64,000 nt of DNA, taken from the NCBI GenBank assembly GCA_900290365.1, contig OMOE01000167.1, positions 6,305 to 70,304 on the forward strand, given 5' to 3'. The notes under the pieces are model-generated. The model was not told where the DNA came from. It ran no database searches and saw only the letters and a list, made by a program, of their open reading frames with translations. A program made the translations under genes and the position numbers. The DNA comes from Syntrophobacter sp. SbD1 (GTDB taxonomy: Bacteria; Desulfobacterota; Syntrophobacteria; Syntrophobacterales; Syntrophobacteraceae). Shown piece after piece: positions 27,236 through 36,558 of this stretch. The number at the start of each line of letters is the position of its first letter. Position 1 is the stretch's first letter.

Positions 27236-28741
27236 ATGCGGAGTATGAGGCAAATGGGCAGACGTATTCGTGAGGAAATCGTTCTGGTGGCGCCCGGATT
27301 CCCGAGAAGGCAAATCGGCGCCATTCAGCATCTTCCCCTGGCCATTCTATGTCTAGCCGCATGGCTTCGTGAGAGAGGCAGTTATGATGGGCAAGTGAAG
27401 GTGCTCGATGCAAATGTTCGCAACGTCTCGGCGCCGGACTTCACCAACGCGGCAGTGGTAGGGATTTCTGCTATGACCGGCTATCAGGTCAAGCATGGTT
27501 TGAGAATTGCTGCAATGGTCAGAGAAGCCAATCCAGGCGCATTGATTGTCTGGGGTGGAATCCACCCGTCCCTTTTGCCGGAACAGACCGCCGCCCATCC
27601 TCTAGTCGATGCGGTTGTGGTTGGGGAAGGCGAACAGACTTTCCTGGAAGTGATCGATGCTGTGTTTAGCGGACGCGATATAGACGGTATTCCCGGTACA
27701 TATGTTCCGGGTTCGGATGGAGGGCTGGCGGTAGTCTCAAGGCGAGAATTTCTGGACTTGGATAGCATGCCCCTTCCGGCGTATGATTTGGTTAATATGG
27801 GTGATTATGCCGGGATCGAGAATCAGTTTGATTACCAATCTTCCAGGGGTTGCCCGTTCAAATGTGGATTCTGCTACAATACGGTCTTTTGTGGCAGCCG
27901 GTGGCGAAAGAAAGCATCCCGCAAGGTGGTCGAAGAACTCATCTATCTTCACGAGAAGTACAAAGTTGCGGCCTTCGCACTGGTAGATGACGAATTTTTC
28001 ATAGATTTGAAAAGAACAGAAGCGATTTTCGATGGGATACTCGCGAGCGGGAACAAATTTAGTCTTGTGGCCTCTTGCAGGTTGGATACGGTCCGCCGCT
28101 TTCCTGCAGCTCTGATCGATAAAATGAAACAAGCCGGTGTGATCCAAATGTTCTTCGGGGCGGAATCCGGTTCTCCCAAAATACTTCGTGCGATTCAGAA
28201 GGGTATCTCGACAGAAGATATGATAGAGGGAGCGAAGGTGGTAGCTGAGGCCGGAATCCGGCCGATATTGAGCTTCATGAGTGGGTTTCCCGGAGAAACC
28301 TCCGAGGACTTTGACAGGACGATCGATATTATTCCTCAGCTTTGGGCGACACATTCTCTGATTACTATCAATGGGATATTCCCATTCAACCCTTACCCGG
28401 GCACGGCCCTTTACTTAAGGTCTCTTGAACTGGGATTGAAGGCGCCAGAGTCGCTCGATCAATGGGGGGAGTGGAACTTCCAGTATGAACCGGACAATCC
28501 GTGGCTCTCCTCCGATATGAAGTATAAGATGGAAATTGCATTTTACATGGTGCGATTTATGTATTATTTGGCAAGGCTTGAAGATAGATATAAGGGTAAG
28601 CCAATTGTTCGCATTATCAAAATATTATCTTGGCCCGCCGTGTGTGCGGCCAAGATAAGGATGAGCAGACATAAATTCGGTATGGCATTAGAGTGGAGAG
28701 TTTTTGCCTTACTAGCTAGAAAGACATTTGGGTATCTATAA
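27236..28741 (+). CDS. B12-binding-domain radical SAM enzyme
   Basis: N-terminal Rossmann-like B12 region, then SSRGCPFKCGFCYN (CX3CX2C). Confidence 0.85.
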   Translation: MRSMRQMGRRIREEIVLVAPGFPRRQIGAIQHLPLAILCLAAWLRERGSYDGQVKVLDANVRNVSAPDFTNAAVVGISAMTGYQVKHGLRIAAMVREANPGALIVWGGIHPSLLPEQTAAHPLVDAVVVGEGEQTFLEVIDAVFSGRDIDGIPGTYVPGSDGGLAVVSRREFLDLDSMPLPAYDLVNMGDYAGIENQFDYQSSRGCPFKCGFCYNTVFCGSRWRKKASRKVVEELIYLHEKYKVAAFALVDDEFFIDLKRTEAIFDGILASGNKFSLVASCRLDTVRRFPAALIDKMKQAGVIQMFFGAESGSPKILRAIQKGISTEDMIEGAKVVAEAGIRPILSFMSGFPGETSEDFDRTIDIIPQLWATHSLITINGIFPFNPYPGTALYLRSLELGLKAPESLDQWGEWNFQYEPDNPWLSSDMKYKMEIAFYMVRFMYYLARLEDRYKGKPIVRIIKILSWPAVCAAKIRMSRHKFGMALEWRVFALLARKTFGYL

Positions 28742-28776
28742 AATATTCACACCTAACTTTATTGTGACATTTTATC

Positions 28777-29337
28777 ATGAAATTACTTTCAAATTTATTT
28801 CAAGATGAACGAGGGACTAATAGACAGAGCGTTGGAAAGAATCTGTCTGATTTTCTGGTAGATTTGTTTCTGGAATATCTCCCGCACGCACCGATAGCCA
28901 ACAGGTTAAAATCAAAACTTATGTCTCTGCGTGGCGCCAAGATGGGCTGTAGAGTCAAGTTGTTGAAAGGAGTCTGGGTCGATCGGTTTGAGGGCCTTGT
29001 AATCGGTGATGATGTTTCGATTTCAAAGGACGTTATAATCTTGGCGGTAGGCGGTGTCGAGATAGGTGATCGCTCCATGATCGGTCCCGGCAGTAAGCTG
29101 ATATCCGCCGGCCATTTGATCCCCGAAGGTCGCGGCCCGATGAGATTTTCTGGAGGCTTTCTGAAAAAAATCACTATTGAGAAGGACGTGTGGATAGGCG
29201 CCCAAGTCGTCATATTGCCGGGCATAAAGATAGGGGAGGGTGCTATAATAGCGGCTGGCGCAGTGGTTACAAAGGATGTTCCTCCATTCGCGATCGTAGG
29301 TGGAGTGCCTGCCGGTATGATCCGGATGAGGGATTGA
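28777..29337 (+). CDS. Hexapeptide-repeat (left-handed beta-helix) acyl/acetyltransferase
   Basis: Repeating [LIV]G-x4 hexapeptides: [43 protein letters not shown]. Confidence 0.8.
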   Translation: MKLLSNLFQDERGTNRQSVGKNLSDFLVDLFLEYLPHAPIANRLKSKLMSLRGAKMGCRVKLLKGVWVDRFEGLVIGDDVSISKDVIILAVGGVEIGDRSMIGPGSKLISAGHLIPEGRGPMRFSGGFLKKITIEKDVWIGAQVVILPGIKIGEGAIIAAGAVVTKDVPPFAIVGGVPAGMIRMRD

Positions 29338-29446
29338 TCTACCGTTATTCTTGCATCTCATTTTCCTTCGGTCCCAAATCTTGGATACTTTAAACTCATT
29401 GCAGTTAGTTCTATTCCATAATGGACAGACCGTGTCGGACAATTTA

Positions 29447-30382
29447 ATGAAATTAAACTTCAGGCACATATTAAAACTGATAATCACTGTAGGATTAATC
29501 GTCTACTTATTACAGTCATGTCATCCGCAACAATTACTATCGACTATATTAGACATAAATATCTCCTTGGCATGTATAATATTTATTATTAACTTAGCGC
29601 TACTCGCTTGTGGTGCATTAAATTTATGGCTGCTGTTGAACTCGATATGTCGTATACCGTTCAGATCATTTATGAATTCGTATATCTATGGCTATGCTAT
29701 TAATTTATTCGCTCCTGGTCAGCTAGGTGATGCTAGTGTAGCCATATTTCTTAAAGACCATGGAATTTATTATAGTCAATCGGCTCTTGCCTATGCAGTT
29801 GATAAGCTTATAACATTAATATTTATTCTGTTAATAGGATGTATTGGAGCAAAATATATAATCGTTGGATTTACAGAACCAATATGGATATTTGGTATTC
29901 CTATAATATGTGTTTTGGTTGGTGCAGGTGGTAGTGCACTGCTATTATATATCCCCTATGATACTGGCAAGCTGGGGCGTATCAAAAGCTTCATAACGAA
30001 TATATATAAAGAATCACTTCAATGGAAGTCCAAGGGGCAGGCGATAACTATAAATATAGTAATAACTATTCTCAGATGGTTATTGTTAAGTGTGATATAT
30101 TATCTTGCATTTCGTGCTTTTGGAGTCGATGCCAAGTGGCCGGCAGTGGGTATAATTCCGATAGTATCGACCTTGATCGGGTATATACCGATTTCGATCG
30201 GGGGCATTGGCGCCGTGGAATTATGTGCAGTATATCTTTTTTCATTAATTTCCATTGATAGAGTTTATGTAATTGATGTTTATATCTTTCTAAGATTCAC
30301 AACATACGTGCAGGCTGCTGTAATTCTCGGTCTATGTAACTGGCAATGCGGAAGGATACGGACTGTTACGAAAAGTTCCTGA
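29447..30382 (+). CDS. Flippase-like / UPF0104 (lysyl-PG synthase TM region-like) membrane protein, markedly AT-rich
   Basis: ~8 TM helices, N-terminal KLNFRHILKLIITVGLIVYLL, and GIGAVE near the C-terminus. Start chosen at the internal ATG. Confidence 0.6.
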   Translation: MKLNFRHILKLIITVGLIVYLLQSCHPQQLLSTILDINISLACIIFIINLALLACGALNLWLLLNSICRIPFRSFMNSYIYGYAINLFAPGQLGDASVAIFLKDHGIYYSQSALAYAVDKLITLIFILLIGCIGAKYIIVGFTEPIWIFGIPIICVLVGAGGSALLLYIPYDTGKLGRIKSFITNIYKESLQWKSKGQAITINIVITILRWLLLSVIYYLAFRAFGVDAKWPAVGIIPIVSTLIGYIPISIGGIGAVELCAVYLFSLISIDRVYVIDVYIFLRFTTYVQAAVILGLCNWQCGRIRTVTKSS

Positions 30383-30394
30383 TGGGTTGCGCAA

Positions 30395-30465
30395 TTGGTG
30401 GGCACGATAAAGCTGTGCCCACCCTATACCTTTTCATAATTTTGGGTGTCCCCGCGGGACATGAG
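30395..30465 (+). repeat. Right copy of the ~75-bp imperfect direct repeat; also forms terminator-like hairpins 3' of the LUD gene
   Basis: ttggtgggcacgataaagctgtgcccacc...ttttgggtgtccccgcgggacatgag. Confidence 0.7.
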
Positions 30466-30480
30466 TTGCGTGGAGAACGC

Positions 30481-31125
30481 TTAGTACCCCAAATCCTCCC
30501 CAACCAGCTTCACATGGATGCGGCCTCGTGTTCTGTGGCCTTCTATGATGCTCCACAGGTTGCAGACCCGTTCGGGTGATCGGCAGTCGGTGCAGAGCCC
30601 GCTGGCCGCACAGGGTGTTTCGACCCCGGTACGCAGAGCGTTAATCGGCGCCGCGAAGTGTTTGACCCTGGCAATGGCGCAATCAAGGTCGGTGGCGACT
30701 TTATTCATTCCAACCACCAGGATCACCTTTGCGGGACCGAACATCATGGCCGCCACGCGGTTTCCCAGCCCATCGAGGTTTACCAGCCTTCCATCCAGGG
30801 TTATGGCGTTGCAGCTGGCGATCATAATGTCCGCACCGAGCCCCTTGTGTCTGGCTGCCATGCTTTCCTGATGCGAAATCCCATGCCGGTAAGGATCGAT
30901 TACCTTAACGTTCGGAATATCGGCTATTCTGTTCCACAGCCCCATCGAAGTTGTCGTACTGGAACCACAGCGGTAGACGGTGGCCCCATGCGGGATCATT
31001 GAGAGCACCTCTTCGAGCGCCTGGGCGGCGGTGGCCGCATAACTGCCCTCCATGCGGCGTTTTTCGAGGTTCTGAATTATTTGCTGCGAGACATTTTCAT
31101 TCCATTGGATACGGTTTTTATCCAT
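30481..31125 (-). CDS. LUD (DUF162, LutC/YkgG-like) domain protein
   Basis: CGSSTTT, NAITLDGRLVNLDGLGNRVAAMMFGP, and a C-terminal Cys cluster TPCAASGLCTDCRSPERVCN. Confidence 0.8.
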   Translation of the reverse strand: MDKNRIQWNENVSQQIIQNLEKRRMEGSYAATAAQALEEVLSMIPHGATVYRCGSSTTTSMGLWNRIADIPNVKVIDPYRHGISHQESMAARHKGLGADIMIASCNAITLDGRLVNLDGLGNRVAAMMFGPAKVILVVGMNKVATDLDCAIARVKHFAAPINALRTGVETPCAASGLCTDCRSPERVCNLWSIIEGHRTRGRIHVKLVGEDLGY

Positions 31126-31142
31126 CTTGAACTCCTCTAGAG

Positions 31143-31177
31143 GGGAAGCGGGAAGCGGGAAGCGGGAAGCGGGAAGC
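31143..31177. repeat. Heptanucleotide repeat (GGGAAGC)x5
   Basis: Read directly. Lies 18 nt upstream of the LUD start codon on the opposite strand sense. Confidence 0.95.
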
Positions 31178-31240
31178 AAGCGAGCGGTTTTCTTCCAACT
31201 TCATGCTCCTTGCTTCTTGCTCCTCGCTCCCTTCACTCCC

Positions 31241-32191
31241 CTAACTCACCAGGCATACAATGGCGCCCCTCGCGTTCTGCAGCACTTTGGAGGCGTGGCT
31301 TCCCATGAGAAACGGCTTTCGGTCCCGGAAGCTTTTTTTGCCCATGACCACGATCTGAAACTTGTGGGTTTCGATTTCATTAAGAAGGTCCCGCGCAATA
31401 CCTTCCTTACTGTCGAGGATGAGGCTCTGCACCCTTTGGTTCCCAACTCCTCGCTCCAGCAGCAGATCGCGTCCTTCGGACATGTAACTGCCCACCATTT
31501 CGGTCCACTCGGACTTCCATTTTTCGATTCGGCTCTGCCTGTCTTTCTGCTCCGCAGGGTCGAGAATGTGACCGTCATCCCAGAACGTGGGGGGTACGGG
31601 GGGAATAATGTGCATAAAGGTATAGCTCAACCCCGGGCAGGGGCCGAACAGCTCGGCCGTATAGTAGGAGAGTTCCCGAACCTCCGGCGCTCCCTCCATT
31701 GCAATCATTACCTTCATTGAATCTTCCACGGTGGTATCCACGATCCATACGGCCTTGTCGAGCGCGTACTGTGCCACCTTGCCCACAATGGTCCCGAGCA
31801 GCAGCGCCTCAACCTGGCTCCTCCCGCGCCTTCCCAAGACTATCGTGCGGATTTGCTCGGCATCCGCCTGTTTGATTATGTCCGAGGCCGGGTCGAGGCA
31901 GTCGAGTTTTAGCCTGGGATCGATGTTGGCGCCCGGAAAACCCGCATCGGTCAGCATCTTGGAAGAGGCCTCCAAAACTGCCTGGCCAATCCTTTCCTGA
32001 TCTTTGAAGGGGAGCTTGCTGCTTTCTTCGATATCCATGCAGATGTCCCCCGGAAGAAGAGTGGAAACCTGCGGAACGCAATGAAAAAGCACAATTTTCA
32101 TATCTTCCTGGTCCTTGAGCAGCCGTCCCAGGATCGACACCGTTTCGAGCCCCTTTCGCGTACCATCCACCGCCAAAAGTATTTTTCGCAT
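31241..32191 (-). CDS. Tandem universal stress protein (2 x UspA domain)
   Basis: MRKILLAVDG..., IVLGRRGRS... and VVMGKKSF...GSHASKVL motifs occur twice. Confidence 0.85.
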   Translation of the reverse strand: MRKILLAVDGTRKGLETVSILGRLLKDQEDMKIVLFHCVPQVSTLLPGDICMDIEESSKLPFKDQERIGQAVLEASSKMLTDAGFPGANIDPRLKLDCLDPASDIIKQADAEQIRTIVLGRRGRSQVEALLLGTIVGKVAQYALDKAVWIVDTTVEDSMKVMIAMEGAPEVRELSYYTAELFGPCPGLSYTFMHIIPPVPPTFWDDGHILDPAEQKDRQSRIEKWKSEWTEMVGSYMSEGRDLLLERGVGNQRVQSLILDSKEGIARDLLNEIETHKFQIVVMGKKSFRDRKPFLMGSHASKVLQNARGAIVCLVS

Positions 32192-32287
32192 AAGCGCCCC
32201 CTTTTTTGTAGTTGAATTCCATATCTAACCACAGCCCGGCATGCCCGCAACCAAAAGACTGAAAGCGATTTGCCGATTGCAAAAAAA

Positions 32288-34219
32288 TCAATCGCCTGCG
32301 TTTATCTGTGTCAGAAAGGTATCGATTTCATCGAGGCAATGAACCACCCGGCAGGGCGGGAGGCTCTTGACGAAGACCTGTCCATAGCTCTTGGTGAGCA
32401 TGCGGATATCGAAAACGGCTATTACCCCACGGTCCCTGGATGAACGGATCAGCCGTCCGATTCCCTGCTTCAACTGGATTGCGGCCCTTGGCACCTGGTA
32501 CTGATAAAAGGCATTGCCGCCGCTGCGGCTGATGCGGTCCAGCCTGGCTGCAATCACAGGGTCATCGGGGACTTCGAACGGCAATTTGTCGATGATAAGG
32601 CAGCTCAGAGCCTCCCCCGGCACATCGATCCCCTGCCAGAAGGAACTGGTCGCCAGGAGGACCGAATCGACCTTGTCCTTGAATTCCTGGAGAAGCGCAC
32701 GTTTGGTCTTTTGCCCCTGGATGAGCAGCGGGAATGAGATCTTGCCCTCAAAGAGCTTATGGACTTCGTGCATGTTTCTGTAGCTGGTGAAAAGGAAAAG
32801 GGCCCGTCCGCGGGTCTTTTCGATTATTTCAGCGGCCTCGGCAGCCATCCGGGCGCAAAATGCCCCGTCATTGGGCGCCGGGAACCGCGACGGTATGTAA
32901 GCTATTGCCTGCCGCTCATAGCTGAACGGAGAGCGCAGCAGTAATTCACGGCTGTCCGGCGGTACCCCGAGAGAGTTTCGCACAAATTCAAAACTCCCGG
33001 CTACGGACAACGTGGCTGAGGTCATTACCACAGCGGTAACAGAGGGGAAAAGAAATTCGTTTAGCACCGGCCCGACGTCTATGGGCGTAGCATTTACAAA
33101 AACCCCCTGCTGCGACACTTCATGCCAGTAAACGAGGGATTGATCCTTTTGCTCGATGAGCAACTTGAGGGCGGTGGAAAGCTCGCCGGCACGGCGGCCG
33201 GTTCCGGCAAAGTTTTCGACTTTTTCGGCCAAAGGTTCGACCATGGCTGGAAGTTCATCCAGGGCGTGAGCAACCTGCCGGCATGTACCGGCGAAATCTT
33301 CCCCGGCCCTTGAAGGTTCGAAGCGAAATCGCCCCATCCGGTTTTGGGACTGGGCCAGGTTGTGGTAAAAAAGACGGCTCAACACCTCAAGCTGCTGACC
33401 AACTGTTTGAACCGCCTTTAAATCAAGCTTTTTCGACCCGCCGCGGCATTCCTTCACAATGTCCTGGCCAAGCTGCGCTATAGCGAAACTGCTGAAATGA
33501 ACCCCGAAGTACTCGCCCACCACGTCTTCCAACTGGTGGGCTTCATCGAAGACAACCGCCTGATATTCCGGAAGTACTTCGCCTAGTCCCCTCTTGCGCA
33601 GCGACAGGTCCGCGAAAAACAGGTGGTGATTCACCAGCACTATGTTGGCGCGGGACGCCTCGTTTCTCATCCGTGTCAGGTGGCATCGTGAGAATTCCGA
33701 ACACTGCTGGCCCAGGCAATATTCGGAATTCGAATTGACCTCGTTCCAGGTCCGAAAATTGTCGGGCAGCCAATCGACTTCGGAACGGTCGCCCGTATTT
33801 GATGTTGCAGCCCACTTCTGGAACCGGCGAAAGAGCTTTGCTTCCTCCTTGTTCCAGAGCGTCGGCTGATAGCAGAACTGGAGAAACCGGCGCCGGCACA
33901 GGTAATTTCTGCGTCCCTTGAGGCAGACTGCCTTAAGCGTCGGGTCTATATTTTTCTTGAGAAAGGGGATGTCGTGATCGAGGATTTGGTCCTGGAGCGT
34001 CTTTGTGCCGGTCGATACGATCACCTTTTTACCACTGAGTATTGCAGGGATCAGATATGCCCAAGTCTTGCCCGTACCGGTCCCTGCCTCTGCCATGAGC
34101 GGAGTTTGAGAACGAAAGCTCTCAAAGACGGCCTGGGCCATTTCGAGCTGGCCCTGGCGGTACTCGAAGCCTTGAACTTTTGAGGCCAAAATTCCTTCAG
34201 GCCCGAAATATTTTTGCAT
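32288..34219 (-). CDS. dinG: DinG/XPD-family ATP-dependent DNA helicase with an Fe-S cluster
   Basis: AEAGTGTGKTWAYLIPA, VFDEAHQLED, four Cys (CLKG..NYLC..C..C) between motifs I and II, and C-terminal QGIGRLIR. Confidence 0.88.
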   Translation of the reverse strand: MQKYFGPEGILASKVQGFEYRQGQLEMAQAVFESFRSQTPLMAEAGTGTGKTWAYLIPAILSGKKVIVSTGTKTLQDQILDHDIPFLKKNIDPTLKAVCLKGRRNYLCRRRFLQFCYQPTLWNKEEAKLFRRFQKWAATSNTGDRSEVDWLPDNFRTWNEVNSNSEYCLGQQCSEFSRCHLTRMRNEASRANIVLVNHHLFFADLSLRKRGLGEVLPEYQAVVFDEAHQLEDVVGEYFGVHFSSFAIAQLGQDIVKECRGGSKKLDLKAVQTVGQQLEVLSRLFYHNLAQSQNRMGRFRFEPSRAGEDFAGTCRQVAHALDELPAMVEPLAEKVENFAGTGRRAGELSTALKLLIEQKDQSLVYWHEVSQQGVFVNATPIDVGPVLNEFLFPSVTAVVMTSATLSVAGSFEFVRNSLGVPPDSRELLLRSPFSYERQAIAYIPSRFPAPNDGAFCARMAAEAAEIIEKTRGRALFLFTSYRNMHEVHKLFEGKISFPLLIQGQKTKRALLQEFKDKVDSVLLATSSFWQGIDVPGEALSCLIIDKLPFEVPDDPVIAARLDRISRSGGNAFYQYQVPRAAIQLKQGIGRLIRSSRDRGVIAVFDIRMLTKSYGQVFVKSLPPCRVVHCLDEIDTFLTQINAGD

Positions 34220-34230
34220 AGAACCTCTTC

Positions 34231-34545
34231 AGACACGGATGGACACAGGTTTCAGACACGGATAGATAAGGATGAATTCATGCCAAAAATAAGTGGTGAA
34301 CCGGGCAGTTTCACTACCATGGTTCCTTATGCCCGGTGCGTATCCATCCATCCGCAACCAAAGCGTCAGACACGGATGGACACGGATGAACACGGATAGA
34401 TGAGGATGAATTCATGGCGCCGCCAAAAATAAATGGTGAACAACCGTGTCACAGCCGTAATTTCTCATGCTCGGTCCTTGTCCAGCCACCCGCAATCAAA
34501 GCAATCAGACACGGATAAACACGGATGGATAAGACATTGATTAAT
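34231..34545. repeat. ~140-bp imperfect tandem repeat (~2.2 units) built from CAGACACGGATGGACACGG words
   Basis: Units start at 34231, 34367 and 34507. Each contains aggatgaattcatg and ccaaaaataa(g/a)tggtgaac. Confidence 0.8.
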
Positions 34546-34931
34546 TTATAACAGCACCCTTTTGTATTCGACGCGGGGCCTGCCGAAGTTAAATAATACC
34601 CCTACTTGCAGGCCGCCGGCCTTCAAGTAGTTCAGCAACTGTCCGGTGTGTGAGAGATTGAGCCGGTCAATAGCTTTCACTTCCACGATAATCTTTTTCT
34701 CCACCAGGATGTCGCAGTAGTATATCCCCAACCTCGTGTCTTTGTACATGACATCAAGAGGGACTTCTTCCTGTACGGATAAACTCTGCTGGACAGTTCA
34801 TGCACGAGCGCTCTTCGATAAATTACCTCGAGAAACCCATGCCCCAAGGTATTGGAAACCTCGAATGCGGCTCCAATAATGGACTCGGTGACGGTTTCAA
34901 CCCCTTTGTCCAAAGATATTCTCACGTTCAT
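34546..34931 (-). pseudogene. GxxExxY (PD-(D/E)XK-like) protein gene, frameshifted
   Basis: The N-terminal part ESIIGAAFEVSNTLGHGFLEVIYRRALVHEL and the C-terminal part YYCDILVEKKIIVEVKAIDRLNLSHTGQLLNYLKAGGLQVGVLFNFG lie in different frames, overlapping around 34680-34750. Confidence 0.75.
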
Positions 34932-34966
34932 CGCTATCCGTGTCTATCCGTGTCACAGCTTTTGTC

Positions 34967-36553
34967 TCACAGCTTTACCTGCTGGACGAAAATGATGTTC
35001 GGGTGACACCTCAGGGCTTCAAGGGCCTCCGCTGGGGCTTCGTTGTCGAGCCGCACTATTGCGATCGCCCGGTCTCTTTCGCGGCTGCGGGCGAGGTGCA
35101 TGTCGGCGATATTGACATTGAAAGTGCCGAGCGTTGTCCCTATGTGGCCGATGGTTCCGGGTTTGTCGAAGTTCTGGATAATGAGGTTGATTCCTTCCAA
35201 TTCTGCTTCGAGCATGTAATCGTTTAGGCGAACCAGCCGGATTGCCTGGCCGAGAAAAACCGCCCCGGAGGCGGAGTATTGCATTTTCCCGGGTCCTTTC
35301 ACAGTTACGGTAATCTCCCCGGTATAGCCCCTGCACTGAGAAGTAGTGGACGTGGTAAGCTCTATCTGGCGCTGTTTTAGAAGAAGAGGCGCGTTTATGA
35401 GGTTCACCTTTTCCGCCATTATCGGGTCGAGCAATCCCTTTATTACGGTCTGGGTAAGGGGCTGGGTAGGGACTTGTTCGAGGTCCTGTCCCGCATAGGT
35501 TATTTGAAGTTTGAGCACCGGGCTGCAAAGCTGACCCTGAAGCCGGCCGAGCCGCTCTGCAAGGCGCAGGTACGGTTTGATCCTTTCGTAGTCCTTCATG
35601 CTGATCGACGGGAAGTTGATGGCGTTTCGAATCAGCCCTCGCTGCAGGTAGTCCAGAATTTGAGAAGCGATCTCGACAGAGACATTTTCCTGCGCCTGTT
35701 GGCTTGAGGCGCCAAGATGAGGGGTGAAGACGGCATTGGGCATGCCGAGCAGAGGGCTTCCGGTGGGGGGCTCTTTTTCGAAAACATCTAGTGCCGCCCC
35801 TGCCACATGCCCGCTGGAAAGAAATTCGCCCAGGGCTTGCTCATCGATCAGCCCCCCTCTGGCACAGTTGACAATGCGCACGCCCGGCTTTGTCTTTGCC
35901 AGAGTATCGCGGTTCAGGATATAGCGGGTCTCGTCGGTGAGGGGCGTGTGAACCGTGATAAAATCCGATCCGGCCAGCAGAACGTCGAGTGAGACATATT
36001 CGACGCCCAGGACTGCCGCCATGTCGGGCACGATATGCGGGTCATAGGCAAGGACCCTCATTTTCATTGCAAGCGCGCGATCGGCGACAATCGAGCCTAT
36101 TTTCCCAAGCCCCACAATCCCAAGGGTTTGGTGGTAGAGTTCGGTGCCGACAAATTTCTTTTTTTCCCAAAGCCCCTTGCGCATGGATTCGGTTGCCTGC
36201 GGGATGTGGCGCGCCAGTGCGAGCATCAACGCCAGGGTATGCTCGGCGGCGGCCATCGCGTTTGCCCCCGGGGTGTTCATAACCAGGACCCCGCGTGCGC
36301 TCGCCGCATCGACGTCGATATTGTCCACACCCGTGCCTGCCCTCCCGGCCACTTTCAGCCTCGGGGCCCCGGCGAGCAGTTCTGCCGTGACCTTTGTGCG
36401 GCTGCGCACGATCATGGCGTCGTATTCAGGCAGCATGGCCTTGATTTCATCGGCACCGGCCCCTTCGGGCATATCCGCCTCGACCCCTTCGGCCGAGCGC
36501 AACATCTTCAAACCGCTTTCATCGAGTCCGTCGCAAATCAGAATTTTCAGCAT
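34967..36553 (-). CDS. serA: D-3-phosphoglycerate dehydrogenase with a C-terminal ACT domain
   Basis: GIVGLGKIGS NAD motif, CARGGLID, TPHLGAS, 528-aa long form. Confidence 0.92.
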   Translation of the reverse strand: MLKILICDGLDESGLKMLRSAEGVEADMPEGAGADEIKAMLPEYDAMIVRSRTKVTAELLAGAPRLKVAGRAGTGVDNIDVDAASARGVLVMNTPGANAMAAAEHTLALMLALARHIPQATESMRKGLWEKKKFVGTELYHQTLGIVGLGKIGSIVADRALAMKMRVLAYDPHIVPDMAAVLGVEYVSLDVLLAGSDFITVHTPLTDETRYILNRDTLAKTKPGVRIVNCARGGLIDEQALGEFLSSGHVAGAALDVFEKEPPTGSPLLGMPNAVFTPHLGASSQQAQENVSVEIASQILDYLQRGLIRNAINFPSISMKDYERIKPYLRLAERLGRLQGQLCSPVLKLQITYAGQDLEQVPTQPLTQTVIKGLLDPIMAEKVNLINAPLLLKQRQIELTTSTTSQCRGYTGEITVTVKGPGKMQYSASGAVFLGQAIRLVRLNDYMLEAELEGINLIIQNFDKPGTIGHIGTTLGTFNVNIADMHLARSRERDRAIAIVRLDNEAPAEALEALRCHPNIIFVQQVKL

Positions 36554-36558
36554 TGGCT

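Noticed and set aside
34231-34545. CRISPR array.
   Set aside because: The units are ~140 bp and internally homologous along their whole length, so there is no repeat/spacer alternation. There are only ~2 units and no cas genes.
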